Virus record (IMG/VR): IMGVR_UViG_3300032321_001470
DNA from: an uncultured virus (IMG/VR IMGVR_UViG_3300032321_001470)
Lineage: Duplodnaviria > Heunggongvirae > Uroviricota > Caudoviricetes
Length of the DNA stretch: 64,000 nt
Direction: 5' to 3' (one strand)
Part shown: one piece after another, positions 26,401-37,100 of the stretch
Numbering within the stretch: the stretch's first letter is position 1
Layout of the letters: every line of letters starts with the position of its first letter
Program-made: the position numbers and the translations under genes
The notes under the pieces: generated by a model
The model's input: only the letters and a program-made list of their open reading frames with translations
Told to the model about the DNA's origin: nothing
Databases searched by the model: none

Positions 26401-28139
26401 CCAGAGTTGTACCAAACAATATTGGCTCCCCACCTTGCCTGGTGGGCGCTAACCTTTCCCCTCACAGAGAAGAAGTATTTTCTTCCGGGAACAGTTGCAA
26501 CCCTGCTCGCAGAGGCTGTTTCTATTTTCGTGTTGCTAGTGCTTGAAACAACGCTGTATCCAGCCCCGTATGGGCCGCTGCTTGCGGAGCCAATGGCAAA
26601 TCCGCTTGCCGTTGTCCAGCCGTCAATATTCCCGTCGTAGATGCCATTTGCGGTGAGCTCCTTCGGGGTCTTGGCGCCATAGTGCAGATACGCCTTGTAG
26701 TTTCCCGAACCGTCAATGGTCCCCTTGTCTACCCAGAATTCGCCGCCAGTCTTCTGGGAGATATAGTCAAGAACGTTTCTTGCGCTTCTGCCACCATACT
26801 GCTCGTAATTTGCGGTGTCGCTTTCTGGGAGATATGGGCTAAAGCGATACTGCGTGTCTACGGCATTGACGTATGTCTCCACGTCAAGGGTTCCGGCTGT
26901 AATCATGCTCTTGTCAAACAACGAGTCAAAAATGGATATTGGGTATTGCCACCCACGAATGTTGTCGTCTCCAACTCCAAGTCTGTACGTGTTTCCGGCA
27001 ACGACATAAAACTCACCGTCAATCCAGCCACGAGCAGAGGAGGATGTCAGCGTTGTGGGAGATTCTGCCGTTACAAGACTAGAAACATAAGCAGATGAGC
27101 CAGACGTTAGCTTTGCGCCAGTAATGGTTGCAGATCCATCGCTGCCAACGCTTGCATACGAAATAGTGTTTGTTGTTGTTGCGGTTGCCATAACATAGTC
27201 TTCCAGCGTTACTGAGAACCCGGCAGTTTGCGGAATTGAAACAATAATTGGATCACCTGCCGCAAGCCCATGTGGAGAAGCCGTTGTGACAGTAACAACG
27301 TTAGATGCTCTGTTAGCGGCGGTGATATCTATTGCGGATAGAAGCGTTGTTGCAGTGTCGCCAAGGTAAGATGATCCGCTGTCTTTTGTAACATATACCC
27401 TGTGCTGATTGGCAAGAGAGGCGTTCTTCCATTTTACTTTCAGTCTTTGGGTAAGTGTTCCGGCGCTCAAGGTTATGCTGATAGCAGAGGTTACCTGCGA
27501 GTATTGTGGGGCGGCGGCGTCTCTGCCCAGGAGCGTCGTGCTTCTTGCCTGAATTCTTACGCTGTATACCCCATCAGAAAGGCTCCCGCCAACGGCCTCA
27601 GAGGATACTTGCAGCCCGTCAACCTGGCCAACAATCGACGGAAGAGATGCCGCGCTGGTCGAGATCCCGTCGCCACCGTTGATGATGTCGATATCCCTAG
27701 AATCCCTTGCCCCGTAGAAGTCAGCAATGATCAGCTCTTCCAGGAGTGCAGTGTTGTCTGCGCACTCAACTTCCTGGGTAATTGCTCCGCCGTCTTTTCT
27801 TGTTGAGACTCGTGTTACGTATCCTGCAAACAGCACAGTATCCGGGCTTGTCGCGATGTCAAGAATCCGAATCTCGGTCTTGCTTGGGATCTCAATAACA
27901 AAAGATTCGTCGGCTATCGCCGCATTGATCTTGCTTGCCTCAGTGGCGCCAGCATAGTCCTGTACCGCAGTCTGTGACTTTGGCAGGATTGTCCATAGGT
28001 CAATTGTGGCGTTGGCGCTAGTCCCCTCGCTGTTGCTCTCCCAGTTCAGGTTTTCGTAGTTGACCCTTTTGCTGATGTCATAGAAGGCCTCAGTCGTACC
28101 TTCGTATTTAAGCTTTACGTATACTCGTACATCAGCCAT
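23460..28139 (-). CDS. Large tail tip/fibre protein with FN3- and CBM-like domains and a C-terminal S74 intramolecular chaperone
   Basis: Follows the tape measure gene; PAPPSEI...YRYQVRA (FN3); SSARRYKQDI...LRPVTFKW...GLIAEEV plus coiled coil. Confidence 0.85.
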   Translation of the reverse strand: MADVRVYVKLKYEGTTEAFYDISKRVNYENLNWESNSEGTSANATIDLWTILPKSQTAVQDYAGATEASKINAAIADESFVIEIPSKTEIRILDIATSPDTVLFAGYVTRVSTRKDGGAITQEVECADNTALLEELIIADFYGARDSRDIDIINGGDGISTSAASLPSIVGQVDGLQVSSEAVGGSLSDGVYSVRIQARSTTLLGRDAAAPQYSQVTSAISITLSAGTLTQRLKVKWKNASLANQHRVYVTKDSGSSYLGDTATTLLSAIDITAANRASNVVTVTTASPHGLAAGDPIIVSIPQTAGFSVTLEDYVMATATTTNTISYASVGSDGSATITGAKLTSGSSAYVSSLVTAESPTTLTSSSARGWIDGEFYVVAGNTYRLGVGDDNIRGWQYPISIFDSLFDKSMITAGTLDVETYVNAVDTQYRFSPYLPESDTANYEQYGGRSARNVLDYISQKTGGEFWVDKGTIDGSGNYKAYLHYGAKTPKELTANGIYDGNIDGWTTASGFAIGSASSGPYGAGYSVVSSTSNTKIETASASRVATVPGRKYFFSVRGKVSAHQARWGANIVWYNSGGAELSTVSMGSLPGSPVGTWHRVWKTATAPASAAYFGLRGLCTNLQSGSASFTDWSAVQITGAMGYGDVEDSATHAVPVYEMEIPSSPVESGNSANRLHLYAVFRTRDADGNKVALTDESGNPVQYVDYDFVPGIWATNGKIIETAKTDDKVETLADAQLAAQGFWKENGLPIESYEFDIRPRDAYDAVYPVPNVGDIIPFIWDTMDVAKPLIVKSVKAKMLGMDVVYSITVGGDIRLQRNSFILVSERLRELDKINPVPPTPAPPSEIHAVASIQSATVSWGFNEDIERNKNLSSFEVQRQDGIFKAITNVARALTTVTITTSGAHGMVNGDKVRIEMDNDIYGQAANKIEGEWTVTGTTTTTFTYTSVESGLITSVAATGWAIYNFTEFRTIQNTKANYINDNGLSYALNYRYQVRAMSTDNTASEMSDDSEIVSPVQIKSEDLSNNAITASKLASTLKAIEIISEATLPTVPSSSYPEGTIVYHLGGTPARLRKVAAGGAAWENAVGSNDIVANSITAGLISTAGIDAGVIKGGQLYLDDRWGSEGATFYIKTKQRTGYTVTLTTSNAEGTLVSHNVAVGERVRIANADATVGQGFDGVFTAISGTTGSTLKYTSLVTGTVAATTLSPFGTGNEKNDYYSITSPNFKVGSNGAVEATDAFLSTVTASGSSSKPGVLISKNSNIGDLAVLTGEVLSVGHYTQSPATFTERMRLDASGQLRLYDGYFAVGRSSDIFKVNYSGLVTVGNGTSVAGDLRVYGNGSAGSDGAIRIYGGTPGTTNGATLSFDGANGRFNMNNDLNVVGSITSTTKVTVDDTIAGGIVFDSTTDGQIWYTSGLFYVTEDLRVSVSITSSSSDLYISTTSGAGTISRFSSARRYKQDIEDFTVPLSDVLQLRPVTFKWNPETTKSEETGSMTGLIAEEVEAISDDMKRICRYNEETGEIESVQYSQLPVFLIGAIKELAQKNSALEARIAELEA

Positions 28140-31100
28140 TTATATTCTCCCGATGCCCGCGGACCTCAACAACGACGACTGCGCCTTACCAACGGCATCA
28201 GCCAGCTTGCGGATGTCCTGATCGCTCCTGACCGTTGGGTTGTTGATTATAACACTTGCGTTGATGCCACCGCCACTGCCGCCAGCCATGCCAATCTGGT
28301 TGATTGGTCGGATTCTTCTTGGGAAGATCCTTGCAACGCCGCCAGGAACCACCTGAAGGGTCTCTCGGCCAGTCTCGCCAACCTGGAACATGCCACCGAC
28401 ACCCATAACCTCACCGCCGCTTGCAAGCCTTGCAAGATGATCTTGCTTTAGCGGCAAAACTTTTCCTGAGTAAGTGTCCATATATGTAAAGGTCCTCTTA
28501 ATCCAGCTCTTCCAGTTGGAAGTAAAGGAATCCTGCCCGTTTCCGCTTGATTTTGCCGCAACGGTCATTTTGTACAGCTCTCCACCCGTTGATGTAAGTG
28601 AGTTTAATGTTTTATTGATCGCAGTTGCGTACCCCAACTGCCTATCTGGGTCGGTATATACTTGCCCAGCCATGTTCTTATCCCTCTCAAGGTTTAGAAC
28701 CTGAATGATTGCCTTCATTCTGCCTTCAATTAATCTTGACATTAAGGTTTTGTCAAAATTAATTCCAAAGCCCAGGTAGTTGTCTTTTGCTTTTCCGCCA
28801 AGAACGCTTTCGCTATTTGGCAGGCCGGCAGTATCAAGCCCATCATCTGTCGAAATCCCGGGAGGATTTGCGGGCGGCTTATAGTTTGCAACTGCCGCTA
28901 TTGCCGCCTTAAGCTTTGTAACAATAGCGGTAAACTTCTTGAGGATTGTATCCCATGTGTTAAGGAATGAGTCCCCAAAGTTCTTGGCATCAACATCAAG
29001 GTTTGCATCAAGAACACCAACTTCACCAAGAGTTGTTGTGTAAAGCTCCTTAATCTTTGCAGCAGCTTGCGTACCAGTAAGCTTGCCCTGCTCGACAAGA
29101 TCAAGGATGTCTTCCATGCCCTCTTGGAACTTCATTCTTGCAGCCTCAAATCTTTCGTCGACATCTTCAAGTCCAGCGACCACAGGATCGCTGGCCATGG
29201 CCTCTTCAAGGGCGATCTTCTTCCTTTCGAGAGCAGCCTCCTTAACGGCTTCCGTTTGAGCCTCTTGGGCGTCTCTCATTCTTGCCGCTGCCTCAAGCGG
29301 GTCCATAGACGCGTCATACTGACCAAGCTTTGCCATCTCAACGCTTCTGGCGGCTTCTCGAAGTCGCTTTTCAATGGCAAGAAGCTTGTTTCTCTTTTCG
29401 GTTGCCTCAATCTCTTCCCGCAAGGCAAGGATATTTGTTTCTGCCCCGTCAACCATAACCATTTGAGTCGCGAGGAACGCGTCTTTTGCCTTTTCCAGAG
29501 CTTTAGCCATTTGCTGCTCAAATACCGCGTTGATTCTTGACTGCAATCTTCCCGCAAGTTTCTGGAACTCGCTTCTAACTTTCTCTAGGTTAGATTGCAA
29601 TTTTTCAAGGCCAGAGTTTAGGTTTCCGATAAATAGCCCATACCCATCTACTGCTTCTGGGTTGATTCCCTCACCTCTTGCTAGTTGGGCAAACGCGGAC
29701 ATCGCATCCTCTAGTGTTTTAAATTGACCCATATCTGCAATCTTCATTGCAAGTTCTGCCTGGGCCAAAATGAGTGCTTCCATTGGCGACTTGCCCTGAT
29801 TCTGGTAGAACTTGGCCATTTTCCCTCTGATTTGATCAGTCAAATCAGTTAGGTAAGCCATAAATGTTGTTCCCTTTTTGTCCCTTGGCTTGAAAACCTC
29901 ATTGCCAAGACCCTGAAGCGCAAAGTCCAAAGACTCTCCCATTGTTGGAATAATCGTATTGGTCCCTGACTTTATTAGATCAAAGAAATTTTCTACTGAC
30001 CTGTGGTATTCCGGCATTTTTCCAATGTCAAGAAGTTCTATTGGGGTAAAATCAAAATCTTGCAACAGCTGGAAAAATTCTTGCCCCTGCATTCTTTGGT
30101 CAGAGTAGTATTCATCAATTGCCCCTAGCTTGCCCTCTCGATCTTGCTCTGCCGGAGTAACTTCTCTATTCGGGAAAATAAAGCTTGCAACAATAGAGGC
30201 TATGGCGCCACCAATCATCATTCCCAACATGGTACCAATTGACCCACCAAGGAATGTCCCAATTCCGCCGCCAACCCTTGCGCCCAATGCCTTGGCTCCA
30301 AAGAATCCGCCAACAGAACCAGCAAAACCGGCACCCTCTTGGGCAATAATCGCGCCCTCATTGTTTTTCTCTGATTTCATTCTTTCTTGAATTGTCATCG
30401 CAGTAGTAAATCCCTGGAATCCAAGTGTAAGAAGGCCAATCTTACCAACAAGTGACTTAATCCCAGAGCTGGCAGTCTTAAGTCCCGCAGTCAGGGCCTG
30501 CACTCCTCTTGATCCCTTAAATGCTGCCGCTAGGCCAAGTGCGCCTCCGCCAACTGACGCAGCAGCCCTGCCAACTACGCCTCCAATTCCACCCCCGGCA
30601 GCGGCAAGGGCCGTTCTTATTGCGCCAACAAAGGAGCCAAATCTTGTAATTGCCCCCTTAAAGAACGCTACTGCCCGGTCAAAGATGCTTATTGGCTGTG
30701 TGAATTTATCTGGAATTACAATTCTTGCAATTGCGTCTTTCAGCCCCGCAAACAATTCCTTGGGGGCTCGGACCGTTCCTCCGGCAAGGAACTTCTCTAT
30801 CGGGACAGTCTTTGGGGCAAAGCCCCTGACCATCATCTCCGCAAAGCGCTCAGAAACCTTTGCAAGCTTGTCTGCCCCAGCAAATATCTTGTCTGTAAAG
30901 GTTGGCCCAGGAGCACCAACAAGAGTGTTTGGTATTACCCTTCTGGCAATAGCATCCTTTAGCCCGGCAAACAGCTCTGTAGGAGCCTTTTTGGTGCCGC
31001 CAGCAAGGAACCCCGCCATAGGGACAGTCTTTGGGGTAAAGGCTTTAACCATCATCTCTGCGTATCTTGTAATAATTTTGTCAAAGTTCTGCATGGTAAA

Positions 31101-34100
31101 GATTCTTGCTGGGGCGCCCGCTAGGCGGATCATCATCCTGTGGAATGCCATAAATGACTTCTCAAACGCCGTTGTTATTCTTGCAGCGTAAAGACCAGCC
31201 GTATCAGCAACCTTCCCAGTCAGATATTTAATTCTTTCCTGGATTACCTTAAAGATTGAAACCCCGTACATCGAAGGAGATCCGCCAAGAACCTGCGCCC
31301 TTGGTAGGCCCTGCGCCGTTGGCGCTGCCCCGCCCGAGAACCGCAGGAACACCTTCTCAATCGCCCCGGCAATAGCGCCAAATCCAGAACGACCGCCGGG
31401 GGCGCCAAGAGTTCCAACCGGTACTTGCGTTGCCGTTCTTTGGACAACAGCTTCTATTATTCGATTAATTGGACCAACTCTTTGGCCCACGGAAGCCGCC
31501 GCCTTACCGGGAGCCTCAAACGGAAGTCTGTTTGGACGAAGCCCACGAATTGCCCGAACAAGATACCCAATAGGCCCGCCAGTAACCCCCTGTTTTGGCA
31601 TTGCAAATGGAACCTGGGCGCCAGCCAGCGAAAGCCTGCCCGCCCTATTCATCCCGGCGGCAGCGGCTCTCCTTACGCTTCCGACAATATCTCCACCAGT
31701 TCCGCTTACTCCAGTTGCCTTGACTGCATCCATAAACGGCACAAATACTTTTGGAACAATACTAAAGATAGTAGAGTTAAACTTTAGTGCAGAGGCAAGA
31801 ACAAATGACTTCATCAACTTGCTGATTGCGCTTACTGCGGACCTTGGAATAGCCCTTGCCCCAGCCGAAATTGCCTTAAAGAGCGATTTGATTGCATCTG
31901 ATGAGGCCTTTATCTTGCTTACCCCAAACGTAAGTGCTTTTAGGTTTCTAAGCACCAAAAGAAGGCGATTAAATGCATCGCGAAGTCCCTCTGACTTCAT
32001 TATGGCCCCAAGCGGAGATTCCGTAAATCCGCCACCGAGCGCCTTAAGCGCAGCGGATCTGCCACCACCAGTTTGCGCAAGTCTCCTTAGCCCACTAATG
32101 CCGCCAGGTCCGGTACCGGAATTTGCAGCTGCCTCCATTGCGGCCCTGCGAGCTTCCATGGCCAATTTATACTCATCAAATCTAATAGCCCCACTTGCAA
32201 GGAGTTGCTTCAGCATCTGACTTGAAAGCATCTTCTTCTCTGCTGCTGGAACAACTACTTTTTGCAGATTACCCGCAACTGCACCAAAACCAGTTGGGGC
32301 ACCCGGCCTTCCAAGAGTGCCAACTGGAACCTGAGGCATTCCCCTCTGCGTAACAATTGACGGGGCTCTCTCAACAAGCGTTGAGTATGGAAGAAGTTTT
32401 GCCGTAATCTTGTTAATTCCGGACTCTAGCGTCCCAATGAGTCCCTTTGTTGCTGCAATTGGATTTCCCCTAGCGTCAAGGGAGGCCGGCTTTCCTAGCA
32501 TCATTTGCCCAAGCGGGCCAAGCATTTTCTTCATAAGCAGGAATCCAGCAACAAGCCCGAGCACGTCTGGTACAAACGGCAGAGAATTAATCAATTCTAA
32601 GAGGGTGTTAACAAGAGCAAGGAGTTTTTGGAGAATTGGAATCATTAGACCAAACGTGGCAAGTAGCGACACAAAGAACTGCGAGCCAATTCCTTCCATA
32701 ATTTTTGAAAGAAGTGGCATAATTTTCTGCTTAAAGCTTCTTGCAAGATCCGTTAGAGATGCAGCAATTCCAGATATCCCCTTCGCAAATCCAGAACCCT
32801 CATCGCTTGAGAGGATATCCTTAAGATAAGATAGTGATATTGTTATGGCGGTTAGGCCAAGAAGCAAAGGATTCATATTCCATGCAACAGATAGCACCTT
32901 AAACCCAATTGCCGCTGCGGCTAGGCCTTTTGCAAGTGGGAATTGCAATAGGTCCGCGACAACCTTAATGCCACTGCCAATTCTTGCAATGAACTCCTGC
33001 CCTGCCCCTGTTGTCTTTTCAAAAGTTCTTCTTATCTCTGCAATTCCATTGACAAATCTAATGACTCCGTTGTCCATCAGGTTAAACGCGCCGCTAAACT
33101 CACCGAACAGCTGAATGATTCCAGTAAGGACAGCAGTGATGGCCTGGTATATTGAGCCAATAACTTCCTGTACTGGACCTACAATCTTCTCAAAACCAGC
33201 AGCAACATTTTTAACTATTCTTCCAACAAACATAGATTGAAGGAAGGTTCCAAGGTCAATCATTTCATCTCTAATAGAGTTGAATACCGGTCTTGTAATG
33301 TCCGAAACAAATGCCTGCGTAACGTCTGCAAGCGTGGAGAATGCTCCCTCAAACGTCTTTGAGAGCTTTTTCATGCCTCCGCCGTATTCTTGTCCAAGGC
33401 CCTCAATGATCGCGCTTGATGCCGCACCACCAGCAATCTGCCCACTTTGTGTCAGGTCTCGGATTGCTTCAATTGGATCTTCTGCCACCCTTTTAAATAT
33501 TGCGGCAATTTCACTGCTTGAAGATTTTGCGATTGTAACCTGGCTTCTTGTTGCGTCTTGGGTTGCGGCATTTATCGCGGTGACAAGCTCGTTGTATCCC
33601 TTTTCCGTTTGAATTGTTGAATCATCAATCACTTTTCCGTTATGGTTAATGCTTAGATCACCCATTTTCACAAAGTCTTGGAGAAGAGCCTTAGATAGAA
33701 TGTCGTAACCAGCAATACCCGCGTTTGCCAGCTGCATCATGTCGTTTTGATAGACGCGACCAGCTTGGCGCATTTGACCAAGTGCGTAGGTAATTCTAAA
33801 GATCTTGTCGTCTTCGCCGCCGAGCGCTGCTACCGCGTCTCCGATTGCCTGCATGTTTGGCATGATTTCGGCGGTCTCAAATCCGAACGCACGCATTCTT
33901 CTTGCAGATTCTGCAAGCTGTGGGAATCTAAACGGAGTTACGTTAGCAAACTTTTTAATTGCCTCAACAAGGCCCTCAGCTTCAACCTTCGCCTTTTCAA
34001 AGTTAACTTCCATACCTTGAGCTTTTTGCTCGTTTTCAAAGAGCGTTTGGAAGGCAACCGTTGCCGTCTCAAGGGTAGAGTTGAACTTGATAATACCGTC

Positions 34101-37100
34101 CTTGAGGTGAGCAAGAATGCGACCAAAGGACTGCGCAATTTCCCGTGTTATTTCCTGAGTGAATCCGAATCTGATTTGTTGCGCAAGGTTCCCAAGGATT
34201 CCCATTGAATCATTTGCAAACTTCTGAACGCCTCCAGTCGAGATCTGTGGGCCCATCGGACCACCAATTTGTCGCGGAACGCCAAACTGACCAGCCGGCG
34301 CGTTGTAGCCCCTGTCTCTACCACCAAATCTATTGCCACCACCGCCGCCACCCGTTCTGACAGGTCGCTCGCGTGGTGGTCGCCGTCCACCTCCCGCCGC
34401 AGCCTCTTCGCGGATCTGATCGTAGTAATTCAGCCTTTGCTGGAGTGGCATTGCGCGAACCGCGTCAATAGATCTTGACCCAAATCTATCGTTTCTTCCA
34501 TAGCGACCAAACCCAGGGCCCTGAACTCTTTGCGCGAGTGCCTCTTGCCGCGCGTAAACTCGACTCCTTACCCTACCAAGGGCTCCGCCACCGCCAACCA
34601 TGCCCCCACCAGTGATGGTTGGCATTCTCCCGCCCTTCATGCCATTGGCGGTCTCCAGGATCTGCTTGATCATTAGCAGGGCTTCGTTAATACCCGCTAG
34701 TCGCTGCTGGCTTGGGAACTTAGTCGAGGCAATCGTTGCGCCAACATTGCTGATGGCGGCAAAGTCCATGTTCCCAAGCGCACTGAACATTTTTGGAATA
34801 AACGAAAGCGACTTCTTGAATTCTTGCATGTTGGCAAGAAGGGTCTTGGCAGGCGTCTTTGTGTTGATGGCTGAAAGCGCGTCTAGGATCTTATTGACGG
34901 ATTTTAGGGCGGCAATAATGTTTCCAACGTTCTTTGTGTTTGGCGCCTTACCGCCAAACGAAGCAGCAAGACTGTTAAGGTCCTGAATCAGCTTCTTGAA
35001 CGCAGAAACGTTTGCACCCTTTGGTGGCGTCTTGACTGTTGCAAGCACCTGCATCAGGCTGGCGATTTCCTTTAGGGAAGCGGACATCCCCTTTGGAATA
35101 GTCGCCTTTGGAATAAGCGCAAGCATCTTCCCGACTTCGGACATCTGTGAAGCAAGTTCCTTAAGTGGGCCAATGTCCACTTGCGGGATGGCAATAGTCG
35201 CGCCCGGAACAAACTGCATGCCCTGCCCCGTGAAAGCCTGTCCTTGTGGCGCACCACCAGCCGCCCGAGCCGGAGCGCCGCCAAGTCCCATTTGCGCGTA
35301 GGCTGCGCGTCTCTCGTGAAGCGGCATTGAGCGGACACGCTGCATTGCAAGCTTGGACCGAATTGCAGCGGTTGTGGCTACGCCTGGCTGATCTTTTGCA
35401 AGCTCGCCACCGACTTTGGTTTGATCGGCAAGAGCCCCCTGGCGGAAACGAACCTCTCTCCTAAGAGCCCTTATTCTTTTGGCAACCTCTTTAGCCTGAT
35501 TTTTTTCTTGCGCGGCCTGTTCCTTTGATGCTTTTCCTGCGGCAAGGTTTTCAGCGATTGCCTTCGCCGGATCAACGCCAGGGGCCACATCAACACCAAG
35601 GCGAGCAGCCACGGCAGTTGCCGCCGTCCCCTTGAAGTCCTTAAGAAAGCGCTTTCTTAGCGCCGCGGGGGTAAGCTTTTTCCCCTTTTCAGCAGCGATA
35701 TCCTGTCGCTCTTTTACAAATTCAGGAGCCGTCTGTTCCATCTTGACTCCGCCCCTTGTAAACGTGCGCTTAACGGTCGGATCTGCCATTGCTTCATCGA
35801 TGGCGGATGCAAGTGCTTTTCCTATTGGGCCGCTAGATCCAACCCCACCCTTTGACGGACCCTTGAGAAGCCCAGCAAGAGAGTCTGCAACTTGACTCGT
35901 AACCTTCGCCCCAGTGGCTGGGTCAATCTTCATTGCCTTTGCGCGAACGTCCTGAACGATACGGGCAATTTCCTTGGCGGCTTCGCTTACAAACTTGGTC
36001 TTCTCAAGGTCAATAATCGGCTTAGAGCCACGGCCCTCGCCGGGCTTCATCACAAGGTCTCCTGGCTTTGCAGTAAGTCCTTGATTGACTAGGTATTCAC
36101 CCAAAGCCTTTTCACCTTGTTTTGGTGTACCTTGATTTGCAAATCCCTTACCCTTAAAGCCAAGGGGTCGTCCTTTTGCATCTACAAATTCTCCGGCTTC
36201 ATTTTTTGTCAGCTCACCAAGCTTTCCACGAGCTGACGTAGTTCTTGGGCCAGCAGCCGCACGCTCTTCTCTCTTTGCCCTTGCCGCCTGTGCCGCTTCA
36301 AGCTTTTTACCTGTCTCGTCAGCGGCTTTTGTAAGATCTTTTTCTAGACCCTTAGTTGCAACCTTTTTAAATAGTTCCCCACCCTTTAGGAAAGATGTTC
36401 TAAGTGTCTCGCCAAGGGCCTTTCCAATGTCTGACGTATCGCCAGCCTTGGGGTCAAGTGCCTTTCTAAGATCGTCTGCAAGTTTCGCAAGCGGAAGCCC
36501 GCCAGCACCCACAAGCGCCTTTGTTCCAGGGCCAACAATTTGGCCATCTGCGCCCATCTTGAATAGACCAGCAAGCTTGGAAAGATCAGCCTTAGATGCG
36601 TTGAGATTTCCCTGGTCAGATGCTTTCTGGAGCAGCGACTGAATAAAGTTAGTTGCAGTAAGCTTTCCGCCCCTTGCGCTTGAGATATACGAAACAAGCT
36701 TGAGCATTTCTGCCGGATCGGTAAATGCAGCCCTGTCGCCAGCTAGAATCTTTCTAATTGCTTCAAGCGCCTCTTTTTCCCGCGAAGTTTTTTCTTCAGC
36801 CTTTTTTGTTTTTCCAGCCTCCAAGGCGGCAGCTGCTTGATTTGTAAGTTTTCTTACTTCATCTTCCTGCTCAGCAATGTCAGCAAGACCAACAACAGTT
36901 CTAAAAAAATCCGCCTTGCCTGAAAGCGAAACATCCTTAATTGTTCCAGACAAAAGCTGTGAAAGGAAAGAAAATTCAGTGTAAGCTTGACCACTGTGAG
37001 CATCCGGAACGCCCGTAATTCTTCCCCTGAGCGTTATCATTTTTTCCTTTTTCAAAGACCCTGTTTTTGAGTCCATAAAAGGGGCAGAAATTAACAATAT